A stretch of DNA of 61,239 nucleotides, filler included. It is 7 parts of 7 records of this genome, joined end to end, with 100 filler letters (N's around TTAATTAATTAA, not from the genome) between each part and the next. Parts side by side here need not be neighbours in the genome. Positions count along the whole stretch, not along the records: positions 27,492 to 34,200 come from SRR31147125_76233; positions 34,301 to 44,799 come from SRR31147125_76246; 5 more parts are not named here. One strand, 5' to 3'. The position numbers were made by a program, and so were the translations under genes. Below, in pieces: positions 30,368 through 39,807 of this stretch (its first letter is position 1; each line of letters opens with the position of its first letter). The notes beneath the pieces are model-generated. The model did not search any database. It had not been told where the DNA came from and saw nothing but the letters and a program-made list of their open reading frames with translations.

Positions 30368-32620
30368 ATGAGTACAGATGTGAATTTGGATCAAGAAGGG
30401 GTCGAGGTAAAAAAGTCAGCCTGCTACTTTTGCCACCAGAATTGCGGTGTGCTGGCCTATGTAAAGGACAATAAGGTCCTGAAGATTGAAGGGGATCCGG
30501 AATTCCCGACCAATCAGGGCGGCCTCTGTTGTCGTGGCAATATTGCTTTGAAGCACCTGGATCACCCGGATCGGGTTAATTACCCCCTGAAGCGGGTTGG
30601 TAAAAAGGGTGAGGGCAAGTGGGAGCAGATTCCTTGGGATCAGGCCATTTCAGAAATCTCCGCCAAGCTGTCCGGGATTCGCAAGCAGTACGGTGCAGAA
30701 GCTGTTGCGACAGCGGGTGGAACACAGCGGACGGATGACTGGGCTCGTCGCCGCTTTATGAACCTTTTCGGTAGCCCGAACGGTTTCCACAACGCCCACC
30801 TTTGCTGGATTCCGACCTTCATGGTCGAGACAGCTATTTATGGCTGGTGTCCCTTTGATCTCGATATCGGCGGCAGTAAATGTATTGTGCTCTGGGGGCA
30901 GAACCCTGGAGCTTCTGGAATGCCTGAAGCGCATCACCTGGCTGATCTGCAAGAAAAGGGCATGAAGATCATCGTTATTGATCCGCGCTTCTCTGAAAGT
31001 GCAGCCAAGGCTGACCTCTGGCTGCCTCTGCGGCCGGGTTCCGACCTTGCGCTGGCTTTGGCCTGGATTCACGTGATTATCTACGAAGGCCTGATGGATC
31101 AGGACTTTGTCATGGAGTATTGCGAAGGATTCAACGAGCTGGCTGAACATGTCGTTGACTTTTCACCAGAATGGGCAGCACCTCTGACCTGGCTGACACC
31201 AGAGCAGATCAGAGAGGGTGCCCACATGTATGCCATGAACAAGCCTGGCAATATTCAGTGGGGAACATCTGTTGATCAGATCGGTCGCCCCGCCGGTGCC
31301 ACCATGCATGCTCGCGCTCTACTGCGCGCCTTGACCGGCAATCTGGATTGCCCGGGTGCTGACCTGCTGACCGGCCCTTCTCAGGACTATCTGACGGATG
31401 AAGAGCTCGAAGGCAACCAATTCCTGCCGGAAGAGCAGAAAGCCAAGCAGATCGGTTCCGATAAGTTTCCAATGGTCACCTGGCCTGGTTACAGCAAAAT
31501 CTGCGAGTTGACGAAGAAAACCTGGGGCAAGGTTCCGACTGCAGAGTGGATGTGTGAAGCGCATCCGCCATCTGTCTTCCGTGCCATCGCGAACAGTGAC
31601 CCTTATCCAGTGAAAGCCCTGCTGATTTCAGCGACAAATCCATTGGCTTCCTATGGAGAGACAGGTGTCGTTCTTGAGGCTCTGCGCAAGGTTGATTTTA
31701 TGGTCGCCTGTGATTACTGGATCACTCCATCGGCCATGTTTGCTGACTATATTATGCCGATTGCCGGTGCTCTCGAACGCCCTATTATCACCAACAGTTA
31801 CGGCTGTGCTGATTTTATGCTGAGTGCACAGCGGGCCATTCAGCCAATGTACGAACGGCGAAATGATTTTAACTTCTGGCGCGACCTCGGTGTCGCCCTT
31901 GGTCAGGAAGAAAACTGGCCGTGGAAAACCGTTGAAGAGGCTTACTACAGCGCTGTTGAGCCGATTGGTCACCCGGTCAGCAATTGGGACGAGTTTGTCG
32001 AGAACGTCCGTTTCCATTTCCCGGAGCGGGAGTATTACAAGTACAAGCGACAAGGGTTCGCAACACCGTCAGGAAAGGTCGAACTTTACTCAAGCACGCT
32101 GAAAGATCTCGGTCTGCCGCCACTGCCTGAATATGTTGGTCCATCAGAGAACGAAGTTGATCATCCCGAGATCGCAGAAAAGTACCCGCTTGTTCTGACG
32201 ACAGGTGGTGGATTCATGCCGTTCCATCATTCGGAGCATTTCCAGATTAAAGATATGCGCTTCCTGCGTCATTCTCCCTTCATGGATATCAACCCGAGAA
32301 CAGCCGCTGAACTTGGCATTGAAGATGGTGACTGGGTCTGGATCGAAACAGCTCGCGGTCGTATGAAGCAACGCGCCAACCTGACTGAAGGCATCCATCA
32401 AAAAGTTATCTTTACTCAGCGCTGCTGGTGGTATCCGGAAAAAGATATGCGCGATATAGAGCACGGCGGCGAGCTGGGCGGTGCGTTGGAGTCAAATGGC
32501 AACATCTTGACCTGTACTGAAGATGATTACTGTGATCCTTACAGCGGAACCTGGGCAAACCGTGGTCTTCTCTGCCGGGTTTATAAAGTTGAGGAAGCTG
32601 AATTGAAGGAGGTTATTTAA
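30368..32620 (+). CDS. Mo/W-bisPGD oxidoreductase catalytic subunit, acetylene hydratase/catechol dehydroxylase-like clade
   Basis: CYFCHQNC...C FS0 motif, RRFMNLFGSPN...LC (Cys ligand position), WLPLRPGSD, TPSGKVELYS and C-terminal molydop-binding domain. No Tat signal. Confidence 0.88.
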   Translation: MSTDVNLDQEGVEVKKSACYFCHQNCGVLAYVKDNKVLKIEGDPEFPTNQGGLCCRGNIALKHLDHPDRVNYPLKRVGKKGEGKWEQIPWDQAISEISAKLSGIRKQYGAEAVATAGGTQRTDDWARRRFMNLFGSPNGFHNAHLCWIPTFMVETAIYGWCPFDLDIGGSKCIVLWGQNPGASGMPEAHHLADLQEKGMKIIVIDPRFSESAAKADLWLPLRPGSDLALALAWIHVIIYEGLMDQDFVMEYCEGFNELAEHVVDFSPEWAAPLTWLTPEQIREGAHMYAMNKPGNIQWGTSVDQIGRPAGATMHARALLRALTGNLDCPGADLLTGPSQDYLTDEELEGNQFLPEEQKAKQIGSDKFPMVTWPGYSKICELTKKTWGKVPTAEWMCEAHPPSVFRAIANSDPYPVKALLISATNPLASYGETGVVLEALRKVDFMVACDYWITPSAMFADYIMPIAGALERPIITNSYGCADFMLSAQRAIQPMYERRNDFNFWRDLGVALGQEENWPWKTVEEAYYSAVEPIGHPVSNWDEFVENVRFHFPEREYYKYKRQGFATPSGKVELYSSTLKDLGLPPLPEYVGPSENEVDHPEIAEKYPLVLTTGGGFMPFHHSEHFQIKDMRFLRHSPFMDINPRTAAELGIEDGDWVWIETARGRMKQRANLTEGIHQKVIFTQRCWWYPEKDMRDIEHGGELGGALESNGNILTCTEDDYCDPYSGTWANRGLLCRVYKVEEAELKEVI

Positions 32621-32621
32621 A

Positions 32622-33164
32622 ATGGCTCGCTATGCAATGGTCATGGATACCCGGCGCTGTATTGGATGCCATTCCTGTACTGTCGCCTGTAAAGTTCACA
32701 ATGAACTTCCGACGGAAATGATTTACAACCCGGTTGTCGCAGATGGCCCCAAGGGTACATTTCCAAATTTAAATATGCGTTTTTTACCGCTTATCTGTAT
32801 GCACTGTGAAAATTCTCCCTGTGTTGATGCCTGCCCAACAGGTGCATCTATACAGCGTGAAGATGGCGTTGTTTATGTAGAAGACAAAAAATGTGTCGGT
32901 TGTCTCTCCTGTGTTATGGCGTGCCCATATGGTGCGCGCTATCACAACCATGAGACGGGTGCTGTCAATAAATGCAACCTGTGTATGGACAGACTTGATG
33001 AAGGCCTGGTCCCTCACTGTGTTGCAACCTGTCACCAGAAAGCGAGAATTTTCGGTGATCTGGATGACGAAAACAGTGAAGTCAGTAAGTTGATTAAAAA
33101 TCATGATTCGACTCAGTTGTTGCAGGAACTCGGCACTGAGCCACGCATCTATTACATTTATTAA
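32622..33164 (+). CDS. 4x[4Fe-4S] electron-transfer subunit (DmsB/PsrB/NrfC-like)
   Basis: CIGCHSCTVAC, CMHCENSPCVDACP, CVGCLSCVMACPY and CNLC...PHCVATC. Confidence 0.93.
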   Translation: MARYAMVMDTRRCIGCHSCTVACKVHNELPTEMIYNPVVADGPKGTFPNLNMRFLPLICMHCENSPCVDACPTGASIQREDGVVYVEDKKCVGCLSCVMACPYGARYHNHETGAVNKCNLCMDRLDEGLVPHCVATCHQKARIFGDLDDENSEVSKLIKNHDSTQLLQELGTEPRIYYIY

Positions 33165-33177
33165 CGGAGGTATACTC

Positions 33178-34107
33178 ATGAGTGCTAAACATCAAGCATG
33201 GGGATGGATGCTGGCGGTCGATTTTTTCTTTGCCGGCATGGGAGGTGCCATGCTGGTTATCGCCGGTCTGGCGGACTTTTTTATCGGTAAAGACAGCGTC
33301 TCTCTACTCGGAAACCTGTGCGGCCCACTGGCCATGTGTGTTGGCTGTGGCTTCTTGGTTCTGGAATTGGGTCGCCCATTCCAGGCATGGCGAGTCTTCA
33401 TGAATCCCAAGGCAATTTTGACCTTTGGGGCCTGGATGATGACATTTGCCATTATCTTTGGCTTTGTATTCACGTCGTTCAGTGTTGATTTCGCACTGTT
33501 CTTCTGGCGCGATTCAGAGCTGTTCCGTCACCTGATGGCGCTCGGTATGATCATAACAGGTCTGGTTGTCGCGACCTACCCAGGTGTTTTGCTGGCACGA
33601 CATAAGGGGCGTCCTTTCTGGGTCGGACCTGGGATTATGGGCCTTTTTCTCCTGTCATCTCTCGTCACTGCTCTGGCCGCTCATTCTCTGTGTGGTCTGG
33701 TCATGCCTGCAGCAGGAACGATGGCTTTTCTGGATCAGGTCCCACTGGTTTTGAGCGTTCTTCTTCTGGCTCAATTTATGCTCTGGATCGGTTATCTCTG
33801 GATCAAGCAATCGGGAACAAGTAAGTCAGAAGCGGCCAGTGCTCAATCTTGGATTTCTGGTGATAAATCAGTACCTTTTAAGATTTACTTCATGCTGATT
33901 GGAACGTTTGCACCTATGGTTGTTGCCTTGATTCAGCAGTCAGTTGCTATTGCTATCGCAATGGTTCTGGCATTGATTGGCGGTGTGGTGATGCGTCTGC
34001 TGGTTGTCTACAGCGGCGAAGACCGGACCATGATTCCAGGCGAAGCGGTCTACAAATCACGCTTACCACAAGGGCACGAGCGCTTCCTTAAGAAGGTCTG
34101 GTATTAG
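33178..34107 (+). CDS. NrfD/PsrC-family membrane anchor
   Basis: WGW...FFFAGMGG, ELGRP, YPGVLL...PFW and GGVVMR, about 8 TM segments. GGAGG RBS before the ATG at 33178. Confidence 0.88.
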   Translation: MSAKHQAWGWMLAVDFFFAGMGGAMLVIAGLADFFIGKDSVSLLGNLCGPLAMCVGCGFLVLELGRPFQAWRVFMNPKAILTFGAWMMTFAIIFGFVFTSFSVDFALFFWRDSELFRHLMALGMIITGLVVATYPGVLLARHKGRPFWVGPGIMGLFLLSSLVTALAAHSLCGLVMPAAGTMAFLDQVPLVLSVLLLAQFMLWIGYLWIKQSGTSKSEAASAQSWISGDKSVPFKIYFMLIGTFAPMVVALIQQSVAIAIAMVLALIGGVVMRLLVVYSGEDRTMIPGEAVYKSRLPQGHERFLKKVWY

Positions 34108-34200
34108 CCTGGATATCTGTTGAAATAACCACTGATTGATTGATAAGTCACGTTGAAAAATCCGGCCAGTTGCACTTTGAAATATTCGATTGCGGCTGGC

Positions 34201-34300
34201 NNNNNNNNNNNNNNNNNNNNNNNNNNNNNNNNNNNNNNNNNNNNTTAATTAATTAANNNNNNNNNNNNNNNNNNNNNNNNNNNNNNNNNNNNNNNNNNNN
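34201..34300. other. artificial contig spacer
   Basis: N-run/TTAATTAATTAA/N-run. Confidence 0.99.
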
Positions 34301-34519
34301 AGGGATGCAGAGCTATTGGCCTGCAGGTTTAATAACTATTGCAGGCAAAGCAAAGTCTATTCACTAAATAAAGAGCAGGATAAACTTGAAAAGTTAGTTG
34401 AAAAGCAACTAGAAGAAGGCGGCAGCTTATCTAACGATATTCTACTGGAGCAAAGCGCTCTTATCGACAGACTCGTTATAGATGAGATGCTTTTAAGTGA
34501 CTTAAAAGAAAAAATATAA
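34301..34519 (+). CDS. small helical protein, Spo0E-like C-terminus (5' truncated)
   Basis: The frame is open to the contig edge. LSNDILLEQSALIDRLV resembles the Spo0E SQELD region. Confidence 0.4.
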   Translation, partial: RDAELLACRFNNYCRQSKVYSLNKEQDKLEKLVEKQLEEGGSLSNDILLEQSALIDRLVIDEMLLSDLKEKI

Positions 34520-34546
34520 TTTTATTTTTGCGGGTAGGGGTTAATA

Positions 34547-35629
34547 ATGAAGAATAATGTAATCGATTCGGATTCTTTTTGTGCTGCGGCATTAAATGAG
34601 ATTCCTGATATGGTGCGCTTGATTGATAACAAACGAATTGTTCACTATCAAAATAAAGCTTTTAACGACAGATTCGGTCAAAGCGGAGCAGAACCGTGTT
34701 TAAAAATACCCGGAGCGACAGACAACTGCAAGGAATGTTTAGCAGTAAGCTGCATTAACACCATGAGTAGAAAGACAACGGCGTTTAATGTAAAAGGGCG
34801 TGTTTACTCGGTAAATACAAGCCCTGTAAATTTCGGCAACAAGGTTTATGCTCTTGAAATAATTTCAGATATTACTTTCGAATACAACCTTAAAAACAAG
34901 CTGATAGAAACAAATGCACGGATGATAAACGACTTAGAAGTTGCAAGAAGTCTTCAGCTTTCTATACTTCGAAACGAGCTTCCAAGAATAAGAGGTTATG
35001 AATTCGGTGCACAGTTTTCTCCGTGTGAAGCGCTTGGAGGAGATATGTATGACTGTTTCCTTATGCGTGACGGCAGAGTTTTTATGTATATTGCCGATGT
35101 TTCTGGGCACGGCGTAATGCCCGCTATGCTTACTGTATATCTTCGTCAGGAGATGTTTGCACAATGCAAAAACAAAGGCATCTCCCCCGGTCAAGTACTT
35201 TCTAATATGCAGGTATCTTTCGAAGAGCTCAGCATCGATCCCAGCATATACATAACTATATTCGCCATTGCTATGGACCCTAAAACCGGTGAATTATTGT
35301 ATGCAAATGCAGGGCACAGCGTAACTCCTCTTATTGCAGGCGAAGACGGTGTTAGGGAGCTGTTCCTTCCCGGTACGCCTGTGTGCAGATGGACAAACGA
35401 GAAGCACAGAAAAGAACAGAGAGGAAAGCTGAAAAAAGGAGAGAGACTGTTTTTGTATACCGACGGTCTCGATGACGTTCATGTTGACAGGAAAGTACTA
35501 TTCGACCTTGGAGTAATACTGCGTGATAAATCTCTTGGTAAGGATGATGTTCTAGAAAAAATTATAGATAAGTTTGCACTTAAGAAAGAAGACGATGTAA
35601 CAATGCTTCTGTGTGAAAGGAAACGTTAA
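34547..35629 (+). CDS. PAS-like plus SpoIIE/RsbU PP2C phosphatase
   Basis: ARSLQ, LGGDMYD, IADVSGHGV, YANAGH, LYTDGL and DDVT. Confidence 0.9.
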   Translation: MKNNVIDSDSFCAAALNEIPDMVRLIDNKRIVHYQNKAFNDRFGQSGAEPCLKIPGATDNCKECLAVSCINTMSRKTTAFNVKGRVYSVNTSPVNFGNKVYALEIISDITFEYNLKNKLIETNARMINDLEVARSLQLSILRNELPRIRGYEFGAQFSPCEALGGDMYDCFLMRDGRVFMYIADVSGHGVMPAMLTVYLRQEMFAQCKNKGISPGQVLSNMQVSFEELSIDPSIYITIFAIAMDPKTGELLYANAGHSVTPLIAGEDGVRELFLPGTPVCRWTNEKHRKEQRGKLKKGERLFLYTDGLDDVHVDRKVLFDLGVILRDKSLGKDDVLEKIIDKFALKKEDDVTMLLCERKR

Positions 35630-35656
35630 GCGTATAACTATAACGAACTGCATTCT

Positions 35657-35688
35657 AAAAGCACTGCCAAACAGGCAGCGCTTTTTTT
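35657..35688. terminator. bidirectional terminator between convergent genes
   Basis: AAAAGCACTGCC-AAACA-GGCAGCGCTTTTTTT. Confidence 0.75.
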
Positions 35689-35716
35689 GTAGTCATACTT
35701 ATTACAACAAGATTTT

Positions 35717-36232
35717 CTAGTATTCGTCAATATGCACTTTCTCTTCTTTATATGTCCTGTGAGGACGCAGCTCTCTGTACGGATAACCCATTGCAATTAT
35801 TGAGAAAGGATAGACATGATCCGGTATATTATATATCCGGCTTATCTTTTTCATAATTTCCTGTTTTGGATAAAGCCCCAGCCATACGCCGCCAAGTCCC
35901 TGAGCATGGGCCGCAAGCAGCATATTCATCGTACTTGCTGCACAGTCCTGAACTATGAATTCTTTTGTTGACGCACGATAGTTTTGAGTGTTTGCCATAA
36001 CGAGGATACCAAGAGGAGCGTTCTTTAGCATAGACCAGAAAGGTACAAGCTCTGACACCGCTGTTCTCTTTTCATCTGCCATCATTATCAAAAACTCCCA
36101 TGGCTGCGAGTTCATTGCCGAAGGCGCAAACATTCCGGCTTTTAAAATGTTTTCCAGTACATCATCAGGTATCGGCGTATCTGTAAAAGACCTGTGGCTT
36201 CTTCTTTCGAGTATTGGTTTTAAATAATTCAT
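35717..36232 (-). CDS. nitroreductase family protein
   Basis: RRSHRSF, APSAMNSQPWEF and NMLLAAHAQGLGGVW. Confidence 0.92.
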   Translation of the reverse strand: MNYLKPILERRSHRSFTDTPIPDDVLENILKAGMFAPSAMNSQPWEFLIMMADEKRTAVSELVPFWSMLKNAPLGILVMANTQNYRASTKEFIVQDCAASTMNMLLAAHAQGLGGVWLGLYPKQEIMKKISRIYNIPDHVYPFSIIAMGYPYRELRPHRTYKEEKVHIDEY

Positions 36233-36255
36233 AACTGCCTCCTTAAAAATCTATG

Positions 36256-37180
36256 CTAGTTTGGCACCAGCATGCTTATCGTGTTAAGTACTATTAATGC
36301 TGCACCGCTTGCAAAGAAAAATATCATACCTGTATTTGCAAATGCGAACTGACCCCAGCCGGGCTCAGGCAGCTGACCTTCTTTGGCTGTATATTTATCT
36401 TCTTTATTCGTATTATGAACATTACAAGCCCGGATATTGTAAACCCCAGTGCTGCAATAACTCCGGAATTATCCAAAAAGACTCGCTTTTAATTGCTAGG
36501 GGGAGCAATATTCCGCCGAACAGATTTATCAGCATGTGCAGTCCTATCGTTACGAGTATCTTTCTTGTTCTTATGTATACATACCCAAGCAGCAGCCCCA
36601 GAGCAATCGCATAAAACCCCTGAGTAAGATTGCCGTGAAATATGCCGAATATTAAACCTGACACTATTATAGCAGGAGCTTCACCATAGCGCTCTATCCT
36701 TGTTATAAGCAACTTCCTGAAAAAGAGTTCTTCGATAACAGGAGCCAGAATAACTACGAACAGTATGTATATATAAATGTTTATCCCGCTGAATACGTCA
36801 TCTATCAGCGACACCATAGTGCTGTCTGTAAAGTGCTGTATCAGAGCTGTTGTACCCATTCCCAGCAAGTTGCCTGCATACATAAGAAAATAACTTATTA
36901 GAAAAAGGATACAGAACCTTCCAAACGTTATTTTAAACTGCTGTGCATCCTGTTTTTGTAAGCCCCTTAATATAAGAAACGCCGCCGGCATTGCCAGTAG
37001 ATACTGCACTGCTGCATTTATCGTTAACGTTACCCACGGAACAGTCAGTACATCTTCTCCGAAATAATGTGTGAGTATCAGACCGGTTGTTTTTGCACCC
37101 GCTACGATAATCAGCATCATTACAAACAGTGCAAATCCAATCCTTGAAAAATCCCGCCTTGCCCCGTATAATTCGTCCAT
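36256..37180 (-). CDS. CPBP (CAAX/Abi) intramembrane metalloprotease (two 3' frameshifts)
   Basis: APVIEELFFR, FGIFHGN and GLHMLIN. C-terminal TM segments continue in alternate frames (…FANTGMIFFF…) to a TAG at 36256. Confidence 0.8.
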
Positions 37181-37195
37181 TAATACTGCCTCGAC

Positions 37196-38059
37196 TTATT
37201 GTTTTTGTATATCCTTAAACTGTTTTTCAAACGTCCATACTGCGTCTTCAGGCGGATCTTTCTTTAAATATATCATGTTGATGAGCGCCATCTTTATACG
37301 CCATGACAGTATTTTAGATAATATATAAAGCGTCTTGTAGCCTATACCAACAGACTTTCTTATCGGCGGATTTTTTTGCCTGAGCGTTTTAAGCACAAGG
37401 TTTGCGCATTTCTCCGGACCGTATGCGGCAAGCTCTGACCTTATCATCTCGTACAGCGCACGCTCAAAATAAGGATTATAACCAGTGTTCCTTGTAGCTT
37501 TAGTATAAGTCCTCTTCTGCGTGAATCCTGTTTTTGTGTCACCAGGCTCTATACAGCACACCTTTATGCCGTAGGGCCTCAGCTCCATGGCAAGGCTTGC
37601 GCTCATCATGAAAACCGCAGATTTTACTGCACTGTACATACCCTGGAACGGAACGGGAAAACAAGCTGCCATAGAACCTATGTTGATTACCATACCGCTT
37701 CCCTTTTCCTTCATGTATGGCAGAACTGCTCTTTGCACGTTCATAGCGCCGAAAAGGCACACGTCAAACTGTTCTCTTGCCTCTTTGGCACTCGTTTCCT
37801 CTACTGCGCCTGCTATACCGCTGCCAGCTGCGTTTATAAGAACATCTATCCTGCCGTGCTCTTTGATTACATACTCCACAGCAGATTTGACGGAATCGTT
37901 ATCTTCCAGCGTAAGCGGAAGCATCGTGCAGAATGTTTTCTCATAGTTTGCTTTGCGTGATGTACCATAGACTGTATAACCTGCCTCTGACATTCGCCGT
38001 GCAATCTCTTTACCTATGCCGGAACTCGCTCCGGTCACTAATGCAATTTTATTATCCAT
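37196..38059 (-). CDS. short-chain dehydrogenase/reductase
   Basis: TGASSGIG, YSAVK and IEPGDTKT. Confidence 0.92.
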   Translation of the reverse strand: MDNKIALVTGASSGIGKEIARRMSEAGYTVYGTSRKANYEKTFCTMLPLTLEDNDSVKSAVEYVIKEHGRIDVLINAAGSGIAGAVEETSAKEAREQFDVCLFGAMNVQRAVLPYMKEKGSGMVINIGSMAACFPVPFQGMYSAVKSAVFMMSASLAMELRPYGIKVCCIEPGDTKTGFTQKRTYTKATRNTGYNPYFERALYEMIRSELAAYGPEKCANLVLKTLRQKNPPIRKSVGIGYKTLYILSKILSWRIKMALINMIYLKKDPPEDAVWTFEKQFKDIQKQ

Positions 38060-38096
38060 AGTTATATATTATACAAAATCCTCTTTATTTGCAATA

Positions 38097-39791
38097 TTAG
38101 TTATACGGTGGATTTATCAACTCTAGGCTGGGATTTCCGTCTTTCAGTTCTATTGTGATAGCGCCTTTATAGTTATCCGACTTATCGGGATAGTCAATTC
38201 GGAAGTGCGGCCCACGGCTTTCTTTCCTATAGTCCATAGCCGTTAGCAGTAACTTTGATATCTTTATGAACGTACACAGCTTTGAGACTTTTTTTATATC
38301 TGTATCTTGGTCGTAATGAGCCAGTGGATCAAACGACTCCTCTATCTCTGAAAGCCTCTTTAGACCCTCTTTTGATCTGTCTGAGCTTCTTACTATAGAG
38401 CCGCAGTTCCACATCAGTTCTTTTATCTCTTCCATAGCTCTGTCTATATCCACAATACCGCCGACTTCAGTTTTAAAAAGGTCCTTCACATATTCAGCGG
38501 CATAATCGGCTGACGTATCCGGCATTTGTTTATCTGCAGCATAGTCCGCCGCACTGCTGCCTGCTATCTTGCCAAAGACCTGGGTTGCTGCTATTGCCGC
38601 TCCGCCCAGTCTATCAGCACCGTGCGGTCCCCCTGCCGTCTCCCCTGCCGCAAACAGTCCTGCAACACCTGTTGATGCGGTTTCGTCTATGTATATGCCG
38701 CCGTTGAACCCCTGGGCATGAGGAAGCATATCGAAGCCTTCGTTTACAACATCTATACCTTTTGACTCCATCCACTCGAGCCATGCTGTTATGGTATGGC
38801 GTTTATCCTCAAGTATGCTTTTGTCGTACTGCATATGAAGGCCGCCTTCCGGAAAAGCTCTCCCCTCTCTCCATTCCTCTATCATGGCTATGTCCATATA
38901 CCGGCTGCAATCGACATTTGTAAACGGTCCGTGTTTTGCACGTTCTGTCAGGCACTGCTCCATCGTAACGTCTTTCGGCAGATAATCGTACAGAAACTCT
39001 TTCCCTTCGTTGTTGGTTATCTTAGGGAAAGTATCGAGGTTCTTTTCCTGAAACAGCATCTTTTTTACAGGCTTAGTTATCCCGGGAATGAACTGTATGA
39101 ACTCCAGGTTTATAAGCTTTGCGCCGGATTCGAGCGCCATTCTGTATCCATCGCCAATCTGCTCTGACGTTGCAAGGCTGTATTTATACAGTCCGCATGC
39201 ACCTCCGGTTGCAAGTACCGTGGATTTTGCTTTTAAAAAAAAGAAGTTATCTGTTTCATCTATTGCGACTGCGCCAACACATGCACTCTTGTCTATAACG
39301 AGGCTAACTACAGTGACGCCTGAGCGTACTGTAATATTTCTTTGCATGAGCTGACGCCACATTATTTTTCTAATCTTATCTATCCCGTATGCTGCAGCGC
39401 CACGGAGTTTTTTCCCAAAGCACGGTATAACGGATTTATATTCTATTTCGTTTAGTTTAGAAAACTCTATGCCGTAGCTCTCAAGCTCTCTAAATCGATT
39501 AGTAGCTTCTCCTGTTATTATCTTAGAAAGCTTAGGGTCTGCCGCACCCTGCCCAGCTTCCAGTATTTCATCCAGATACATCTGCTCACTGTCGTCTTCA
39601 TACAGTACGCAGCACATACCCCAGCCGGGAACACCGGGATAGAACGTAGAGCCCGTTGTACCGAATGGTTTTTCCGAAACGAGCAGCACATCTGCGCCTT
39701 TGTCTGCCGCTGTTATAGATGCCTTTATACCGCCGCCGCCTGAGCCTATCACAAGAACGTCCGTGTCTACACTATAGTTGATTTTCATCAT
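38097..39791 (-). CDS. FAD-dependent oxidoreductase, SdhA/FrdA/NadB fold, atypical active site
   Basis: VIGSGGGG, LATGG, GLFAAGE, HGADRLGG and RKESRGPHFR. No Fe-S partner adjacent. Confidence 0.82.
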   Translation of the reverse strand: MMKINYSVDTDVLVIGSGGGGIKASITAADKGADVLLVSEKPFGTTGSTFYPGVPGWGMCCVLYEDDSEQMYLDEILEAGQGAADPKLSKIITGEATNRFRELESYGIEFSKLNEIEYKSVIPCFGKKLRGAAAYGIDKIRKIMWRQLMQRNITVRSGVTVVSLVIDKSACVGAVAIDETDNFFFLKAKSTVLATGGACGLYKYSLATSEQIGDGYRMALESGAKLINLEFIQFIPGITKPVKKMLFQEKNLDTFPKITNNEGKEFLYDYLPKDVTMEQCLTERAKHGPFTNVDCSRYMDIAMIEEWREGRAFPEGGLHMQYDKSILEDKRHTITAWLEWMESKGIDVVNEGFDMLPHAQGFNGGIYIDETASTGVAGLFAAGETAGGPHGADRLGGAAIAATQVFGKIAGSSAADYAADKQMPDTSADYAAEYVKDLFKTEVGGIVDIDRAMEEIKELMWNCGSIVRSSDRSKEGLKRLSEIEESFDPLAHYDQDTDIKKVSKLCTFIKISKLLLTAMDYRKESRGPHFRIDYPDKSDNYKGAITIELKDGNPSLELINPPYN

Positions 39792-39807
39792 TCTCCTCCA
39801 ATAACTC

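Noticed and set aside
30368-32620. Calling the Mo/W enzyme acetylene hydratase or polysulfide reductase
   Set aside because: It lacks the catalytic Asp of acetylene hydratase and has redox partner subunits. It also lacks the Tat signal typical of PsrA.
27492-34200. Functional link between the Mo/NrfD operon and the multiheme sulfur island
   Set aside because: They are on different contigs with different base composition, so there is no evidence that they share a genome.
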